The notes under the pieces are model-generated. The model saw only the letters and a program-made list of their open reading frames with translations, was not told where the DNA came from and ran no database searches. Shown here piece by piece: positions 58,521 to 64,000 of a stretch of 64,000 bases of DNA. This DNA is from an uncultured Bacteroidota bacterium (lineage in GTDB: Bacteria; Bacteroidota; Bacteroidia; Flavobacteriales; Flavobacteriaceae). The stretch is from assembly GCA_902557655.1 (NCBI GenBank), contig CACEAZ010000001.1:7699-71698 (forward strand), written 5' to 3'. The position numbers were made by a program, and so were the translations under genes. The stretch's first letter is position 1, and each line of letters starts with the position of its first letter.

Positions 58521-59576
58521 ATGAAAATGAAACTTTCAGATTTTAGTTATGAGTTGCCAGAAAAACTGGTTGCTGACTATCCAAATAAAAATAGAGATGA
58601 ATCAAAACTTATGGTTATAGACCGTAAGGATTATTCTATTCAACATAGACAATTCAAGGATATGATAGAATATTTTGACGAGGATGATGTCGTTGTACTA
58701 AATAACACGAAAGTTTTTCCTGCAAGATTATATGGAAACAAAGAAAAAACTGGTGCGAGAATTGAAGTTTTTTTGTTAAGAGAGCTAAATGCTGAACAAA
58801 GACTTTGGGATGTTTTAGTTGACCCAGCTAGAAAGATTAGAATTGGAAATAAACTTTATTTTGGCAATGACGACAAACTTGTTGCGGAGGTAATTGATAA
58901 TACCACTTCGAGAGGAAGAACATTAAGATTTTTATGTGATGTTGGTTATGAGGATTTTAGAAAATTATTAATTGATTTAGGGGAAACACCTCTGCCAAAA
59001 TATATTAATAGAGAAGTTGAGCCTGAAGATAAAGATAGGTATCAAACTATTTATGCCAAACACGAAGGTGCTGTTGCTGCTCCAACTGCTGGATTACATT
59101 TTTCAAAACATTTAATGAAAAGATTAGAAATTAAAGGAATTAAGTTCTCTGAAATTACTCTTCATGTTGGTCTAGGCTCATTTAACCCTGTTGAGGTTGA
59201 AGATCTTTCAAAACATAAAATGGATAGCGAAAGAGTAATTATAGAGCAATCCTCTGCAAATATGATTAATGAAGGATTGGCTAATAAAAGAAGAATATGC
59301 GCCGTAGGTACCACCGTAATGAGAGCTATTGAAAGCTCAGTTTCATCAATGGGAACACTAAATGAATTTAATGGATGGACAAATAAATTTATATTTCCAC
59401 CTTATGAATTTAATATTGCAAATTCCATGATCACTAATTTTCATATGCCTAAGTCAACTTTACTAATGATGAGCTCTGCATTTTTAGGAAATGATTTTAT
59501 TAAAAAGGCATATGAAGAGGCTATGAAAGAAAAATACAACTTTCTCAGCTACGGGGATTCAATGCTAATTATATAA
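58521..59576 (+). CDS. queA: S-adenosylmethionine:tRNA ribosyltransferase-isomerase
   Basis: [54 protein letters not shown], and a C-terminal SYGDSMLI. Confidence 0.93.
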   Translation: MKMKLSDFSYELPEKLVADYPNKNRDESKLMVIDRKDYSIQHRQFKDMIEYFDEDDVVVLNNTKVFPARLYGNKEKTGARIEVFLLRELNAEQRLWDVLVDPARKIRIGNKLYFGNDDKLVAEVIDNTTSRGRTLRFLCDVGYEDFRKLLIDLGETPLPKYINREVEPEDKDRYQTIYAKHEGAVAAPTAGLHFSKHLMKRLEIKGIKFSEITLHVGLGSFNPVEVEDLSKHKMDSERVIIEQSSANMINEGLANKRRICAVGTTVMRAIESSVSSMGTLNEFNGWTNKFIFPPYEFNIANSMITNFHMPKSTLLMMSSAFLGNDFIKKAYEEAMKEKYNFLSYGDSMLII

Positions 59577-59582
59577 GTAATT

Positions 59583-60626
59583 TTGATTTCCAAAAAGGAT
59601 ATTCGATCTCTTACCGAGCAGGAATTTAAGGAAATATTAATCTCAAATTCATTTAAGCCATACAGGGCCAAACAGGTTTTTCACTGGCTATGGACTAAAT
59701 CTATTTATAGTTTTTCTGAGATGAATAATTTGCCAGATGAACTGATAAATTTTCTAAACAACAATTTTGTAATAAACAATATCAAGGTTCATAAAATGCA
59801 AAAAAGTTCTGATGGAACGATTAAAAATGCAATTGAGTTATTTGATGGATTTGTTGTTGAATGTGTATTAATTCCCACTAAAGATAGAATAACTGCTTGT
59901 GTTTCTTCTCAAGTTGGTTGTAGTTTAAATTGTAAGTTTTGTGCTACTGCAAGACTAAAGAGAATGAGAAACTTAAATCCAGATGAGATATATGATCAAG
60001 TAGTTTTAATTAGTAGACAAGCAAAGGAATTTTTTAATAGACCACTCACTAATATTGTTTTCATGGGTATGGGGGAGCCTCTGATGAATTATAACAATGT
60101 GTTAAAATCAATTGATAAGATTACCTCTAAATCGGGTCTAGGAATGTCACCCAGAAGAATAGTTGTTTCAACATCTGGAGTACCAAAAATGATTAAAAAA
60201 ATGGCTGATGATAATGTAAAATTTAAACTAGCTGTTTCGTTACATTCTGCGATAAATGAAACCAGAACTTCAATCATGCCGTTTAATGAAAAAATGAATT
60301 TAGATGAGCTCGCAGATTCTTTACAATATTGGTATAATAAAACAAAAAAAATAATCACATATGAATATGTAGTTTGGGAAGGAGTAAATGACAAAATAGA
60401 AGATATTAATGCCCTTGTAAAGTTTTGTAAAAAAACTCCGAGTAAGGTTAATTTAATTCAATATAATAGCATCGATGACCCAAGTTTTGTTCAAGCACCA
60501 AAAGATGTTTTAGATCATTATATGCAATTATTAGAGTCTAACAAAATAAAGGCAACTATACGTAGATCAAGAGGGCAAGATATTGATGCTGCATGTGGTC
60601 AACTTGCTAATAAAAATGCCAGATAA
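59583..60626 (+). CDS. rlmN: 23S rRNA/tRNA (adenine-C2)-methyltransferase, radical SAM
   Basis: YRAKQVFHWLW, the radical-SAM cluster motif GCSLNCKFCAT, MGMGEPL, and the C-terminal GQDIDAACGQL. TTG start. Confidence 0.92.
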   Translation: MISKKDIRSLTEQEFKEILISNSFKPYRAKQVFHWLWTKSIYSFSEMNNLPDELINFLNNNFVINNIKVHKMQKSSDGTIKNAIELFDGFVVECVLIPTKDRITACVSSQVGCSLNCKFCATARLKRMRNLNPDEIYDQVVLISRQAKEFFNRPLTNIVFMGMGEPLMNYNNVLKSIDKITSKSGLGMSPRRIVVSTSGVPKMIKKMADDNVKFKLAVSLHSAINETRTSIMPFNEKMNLDELADSLQYWYNKTKKIITYEYVVWEGVNDKIEDINALVKFCKKTPSKVNLIQYNSIDDPSFVQAPKDVLDHYMQLLESNKIKATIRRSRGQDIDAACGQLANKNAR

Positions 60627-60650
60627 AATACTTTATCTGGCATTCTTTTT
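60615..60650 (+). terminator. Intrinsic terminator of queA-rlmN, overlapping the rlmN stop codon
   Basis: AATGCCAGATAAA-ATAC-TTTATCTGGCATT (13-bp perfect stem) followed by CTTTTT. Confidence 0.75.
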
Positions 60651-60780
60651 ATTAAATAAGATCTAATAAATTCATAATAAAAATTTAAAATTAAAATTAG
60701 AAATACTAATGTCCATTATATATTGAATGAAAAAATGGGGAATTATCATTATTAATTTATTAAATTACATAGCTATTTAA

Positions 60781-62739
60781 TTGAAGTATTTGATTTCAAA
60801 AAACACCATACAAAAAGTATTTGAAACTGCCCTTGTAGAGGAGGTTATCGGTGATTTTGTTCAGTTAAAAAAATCAGGATCAAACTTTAAAGGTTTAAGC
60901 CCTTTTAGCGAAGAAAGAACACCAAGTTTTATGGTTTCACCTGCCAAGCAAATTTGGAAAGATTTTTCAAGTGGAAAGGGAGGTACTGTAATAACTTTTT
61001 TAATGGAGCATGAACAATATACTTATCCAGAGGCGATTAAATATATTGCTAATAAATACAATATAGAAGTTGAAGAAACGCAAAAAACAGCTGAGCAAAT
61101 TACTGAAGACAATGAAAAAGAAAGTCTTTTTCTAATTTCTGATTATGCTAAAAACCATTTTAAGAAAAAATTAAATTCAGAAGAAGGAAAGACAATTGCC
61201 TTATCGTATCTAAAAGAAAGAGGTTTTAATGATAAAACTATTGAAAAATTTGAAATTGGATATTCATTAAAAAAAATAGATGACTTTTCATCTTCTGCAA
61301 GCAAATCTGGATATAAAACAAATTATTTAGAGAAAACAGGACTTACAATTGTTAAAGAATCTAATAATATAGACAGGTTCAGAGGAAGAATTATTTTCCC
61401 TATTAGGAGCATGTCTGGAAGAGTTTTGGGTTTTGGAGGAAGAATATTAGGAACTTCAAAAAATATTGCTAAGTACATAAATTCCCCTGAATCTTTAATT
61501 TATCAAAAAAGTAAAGTCCTGTATGGAATATTCGAAAGTAAGCAATCAATTGTTAAAGAAGATAAATGTTACTTAGTTGAGGGATATACGGATGTAATTA
61601 AAATGCATCAGAGTGGCATCACAAATGTTGTGGCATCATCTGGAACTGCACTTACAGAAAGTCAAATTAGATTGATTAATAGACTAACAAAAAATATAAC
61701 TGTTCTTTTTGACGGAGATGAAGCAGGCTCAAGAGCAACTTTAAGAGGTATCGATTTAATACTTGAGCAAGGAATGAACGTTAAGATATGTAATTTACCA
61801 AAAAACGAAGACCCTGATTCTTTTGTAAGCGATAAAAACTTAGATGAAGTAAAATTATACTTTGAACAAAATTCTAAAGATTTTATAGTTTATAAAGCAT
61901 CATTATTATTAAACGAATCAAATAATGATCCTGTAAAAAAAGCAGGTGTCATTCGAGATATGGTTGAGAGTATTGCAAAAATCTCTGATCAAATAAAGCG
62001 AGAAATTTATGTGAAGGAATGTTCCTCAATAATGGATATAAGTGAGCAAGTGTTATACAGTACATTGGCTCAGATTAGAAAGCAAGATTTTAATTCTCAA
62101 AAGAAGAAACCAAAAAAAATATTTGAACCCATTTCTATTGTTAAAGGGGATAAAAATAAAAGAGAAGTTAATGCACTGTATGAGTTAGAAAAAAAAATTA
62201 TTGAAATTTTACTGTTATACGGAAATGAATCAATTGATTTTGAAGAAGAGGTTTTTTCACAAAATGAACAAGGTATTTCAGAAACAAATATATCAAAGAG
62301 ATCATTAAAAGTTTTTGAAAAAGTTTATATGGACTTACATGTTGATGAAATGGAATTTTCAAATGATGATTTTAAAAATATATATTTCAATATTATTGAG
62401 TGCTTTAACGAAAATAAAGAGATAAGTATAGACAAGTTTATGAATAAATTATCTGAAAATCAACAGCTTGAAGTCACCAATATAATAATGGATAATGAAA
62501 AATATTTTCTTCATAATTGGGAAAAAAACAATATATACCCCAAGTCAAAAAAAAATTCACTCTCTCAACTTACGATTGAAACTATTTTGAATTTGAGATG
62601 TTTTTTAATAGATAAAAAGGTAAATGGATTTAAAGACGAAAGTTTAAAAAAGAATATTACTGACTCTGTTTTAGAAGAAGTTGTAAATTATTCAAATCTT
62701 AAAAAGCTACTTTCAGAAAAATTAAATAGGGTATTATAA
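60781..62739 (+). CDS. dnaG: DNA primase DnaG (the zinc-binding-domain fold is retained but all four Zn ligands are substituted)
   Basis: ZBD-like N-terminus, RNA polymerase core, and TOPRIM motifs (YLVEGYTDV, LFDGDEAG). The start is TTG 60781, or TTG 60790 (MISKNTIQ...), which fits my memory of flavobacterial DnaG N-termini better. Confidence 0.9.
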   Translation: MKYLISKNTIQKVFETALVEEVIGDFVQLKKSGSNFKGLSPFSEERTPSFMVSPAKQIWKDFSSGKGGTVITFLMEHEQYTYPEAIKYIANKYNIEVEETQKTAEQITEDNEKESLFLISDYAKNHFKKKLNSEEGKTIALSYLKERGFNDKTIEKFEIGYSLKKIDDFSSSASKSGYKTNYLEKTGLTIVKESNNIDRFRGRIIFPIRSMSGRVLGFGGRILGTSKNIAKYINSPESLIYQKSKVLYGIFESKQSIVKEDKCYLVEGYTDVIKMHQSGITNVVASSGTALTESQIRLINRLTKNITVLFDGDEAGSRATLRGIDLILEQGMNVKICNLPKNEDPDSFVSDKNLDEVKLYFEQNSKDFIVYKASLLLNESNNDPVKKAGVIRDMVESIAKISDQIKREIYVKECSSIMDISEQVLYSTLAQIRKQDFNSQKKKPKKIFEPISIVKGDKNKREVNALYELEKKIIEILLLYGNESIDFEEEVFSQNEQGISETNISKRSLKVFEKVYMDLHVDEMEFSNDDFKNIYFNIIECFNENKEISIDKFMNKLSENQQLEVTNIIMDNEKYFLHNWEKNNIYPKSKKNSLSQLTIETILNLRCFLIDKKVNGFKDESLKKNITDSVLEEVVNYSNLKKLLSEKLNRVL

Positions 62740-63519
62740 TTTTAATTTACTAGGAATTTTACAGACCGGAATTTCTACCATCTTGTGTTTGTTGCTTTTA
62801 TGATGACCCATATAAACTTCATAAAAACTTTTAATTTTAACATCAAATTTTTTAGGGTCTTCACCATTTTCTAATCTTTTCATTATATTTTCAAGATCTT
62901 CATAAGAAACTCCAATTTGATCTTCATCACTTCTGTCATCATCCCATAAACCGTCTGTGGGGGGTGCATTTAATATGCTATTACTAATTTCTAAATACTT
63001 TGATAATTCGTATACTTCACTTTTCATTAGGTCAGCAATGGGGCTTATATCAACCCCTCCGTCACCATACTTAGTATAAAATCCTATTCCAAAATCTTCA
63101 ACTTTATTTCCAGTACCAACAACAATTGAATTACTAATTCCTGCATAATAGTATAGTGTTAGCATTCTCATTCTAGATCTAGAATTAGCCAGACCTAATT
63201 TGCTTTTATCAAAACTTGTATCAACCGTTGATTCAAATTTCTCAAAAAAAGGTGTCAGATCAATATTTACAGAATTTACATTTTCAAATTTATTTTTTAG
63301 CCATGAGATATGCTTAGCTGCTCTGTCGAATTGTTCCTTTTTCTGTCTTATGGGCATATTCAAGCACAATGTATTTAAACCCGTTAAAGCACATAACGTA
63401 GATGTTAGTGCAGAATCAATTCCACCTGAAACACCTATAACCAATCCCTTAATTTTATTTTTACTTTGGTAATCTTTGATCCAATCAACGATATGATCTA
63501 TAGTTTCTGATTCTTTCAT
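62734..63519 (-). CDS. nadE: NH3-dependent NAD+ synthetase
   Basis: The PP-loop GVSGGIDSA, plus GTGNKVEDFGIGFYTKYGDGG. Its 3' end overlaps dnaG by 6 nt (TTATAA contains both stop codons). Confidence 0.9.
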   Translation of the reverse strand: MKESETIDHIVDWIKDYQSKNKIKGLVIGVSGGIDSALTSTLCALTGLNTLCLNMPIRQKKEQFDRAAKHISWLKNKFENVNSVNIDLTPFFEKFESTVDTSFDKSKLGLANSRSRMRMLTLYYYAGISNSIVVGTGNKVEDFGIGFYTKYGDGGVDISPIADLMKSEVYELSKYLEISNSILNAPPTDGLWDDDRSDEDQIGVSYEDLENIMKRLENGEDPKKFDVKIKSFYEVYMGHHKSNKHKMVEIPVCKIPSKLKL

Positions 63520-63545
63520 TTTTTATTAAAAGGTAAAAAGTATAT

Positions 63546-63553
63546 TATATTTG
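63546..63553 (+). promoter_or_regulatory. Candidate -7 box (TATATTTG) for gldB
   Basis: Exact TAnnTTTG 19 nt upstream of ATG 63572. Confidence 0.45.
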
Positions 63554-63571
63554 TAATGCTAAAATAAACTA

Positions 63572-64000
63572 ATGTCAATCTTTTTGCCAAACTACATTAA
63601 CAAAAGTATAATTTTTTTAATTATACTTTTTATCGTGTCATGTGCTGAAACAAAAGATCCATCAAAAAATTTATTAAAAATTGAAAGATTTGAAAAAGTT
63701 TTTTATGAATCTGATACAAGCTCAATTGATCAGGTTAAAGAAATATACCCTTTCTTTTTTCCAAGTAATTTTTCAGATGAAATTTGGTTTAGAAGATTAA
63801 ATGATCCAATTCAGAGAGAAATTTATAATGAAATTTTATATCAATATGATGACATTTCATCTTTACAAATCCAAATAACAAAATTCTTTAAAAACAATGA
63901 TAAGTATTTTGACTCTATCCGAAAACCAAGACTAATAACAGTTAATACAGATGTTGATTATAGAAACCGAATTATTCTTGCTGACTCGATTTTACTAATT
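63572..64000 (+). CDS. gldB: Gliding-motility/T9SS-associated lipoprotein GldB, N-terminal 143 codons (runs off the right edge)
   Basis: Absent from the ORF track because it is open-ended. Manual translation: MSIFLPNYINKSIIFLIILFIVSCAETKDPS...IERFEKVFYESD...IYPFFFPSNFSDEIWFRRLNDP...PRLITVNTDVDYRNRIILADSILLI. Lipobox Cys plus the RFD/E..F, YPFFFP and VDY motifs as I recall for GldB. I remember nadE being adjacent to gldB in Flavobacterium johnsoniae, but I cannot verify that here. Confidence 0.7.
   Translation, partial: MSIFLPNYINKSIIFLIILFIVSCAETKDPSKNLLKIERFEKVFYESDTSSIDQVKEIYPFFFPSNFSDEIWFRRLNDPIQREIYNEILYQYDDISSLQIQITKFFKNNDKYFDSIRKPRLITVNTDVDYRNRIILADSILLI

Noticed and set aside
60651-60780. 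The mini-ORF MKKWGIIIINLLNYIAI, ending exactly at the dnaG start, and phased AAAATT tracts upstream of dnaG.
   Set aside because: No terminator or alternative structure follows. Ile codons and A-tracts are expected by chance in DNA this AT-rich, and dnaG has no rationale for Ile-dependent attenuation.

Overview
This is a very AT-rich, extremely gene-dense chromosomal segment that reads as a streamlined, marine-type Flavobacteriia (Bacteroidota) genome. Markers for that assignment are a SusC/SusD pair, a T9SS C-terminal sorting domain, gldB, a GLPGLI-family gene, a FISUMP-domain gene and recurrent TAnnTTTG -7 promoter boxes. I call 52 protein-coding genes (two are open at the window edges and absent from the ORF track), tRNA-Gly(GCC), tRNA-Leu(UAA), two candidate mini-ORFs and a few intrinsic terminators. 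I see no transposase, integrase, CRISPR array, toxin-antitoxin pair or recognisable defence gene. I also see no DNA-binding transcription-factor gene anywhere in the 64 kb. Most genes are housekeeping: mutS, deaD, waaA, the etfBA-nuclease-nupC-thyA-folA-fabD-lspA cluster, pdhB, hppA, ilvDBNCA, pheA-aminotransferase-tyrA-aroG/CM-rsgA-dtd-mazG-aroA, queA, rlmN, dnaG, nadE and gldB. Two parts look accessory. (1) A GH97 gene, two tRNAs, then a regulator-less polysaccharide utilisation locus at 9.25-21.1 kb. It runs FISUMP gene, SusC, SusD, glucoamylase-family/GH144-like lipoprotein, two adjacent surface proteins carrying five copies of a CBM-like module I cannot assign to a family, and GH3. I consider this the best candidate for undescribed biology. 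(2) A tightly packed GLPGLI-alkB-outer-membrane-barrel operon at 37.6-42.3 kb. Regulatory signals include a Phe/Tyr-rich leader peptide plus terminator directly before pheA, and an orphan WWW mini-ORF with terminators next to deaD. Other oddities: a DnaG whose four zinc ligands are all substituted, an NTF2-like domain fused to the C-terminus of the membrane pyrophosphatase, a folK-deoxynucleoside kinase fusion with an altered kinase motif, an ilvA lacking its regulatory domain and overlapped by a low-GC GT90 gene, and 3'-end overlap in 5 of 7 convergent gene pairs. All family assignments rest on motif recognition by eye, since no searches could be run.
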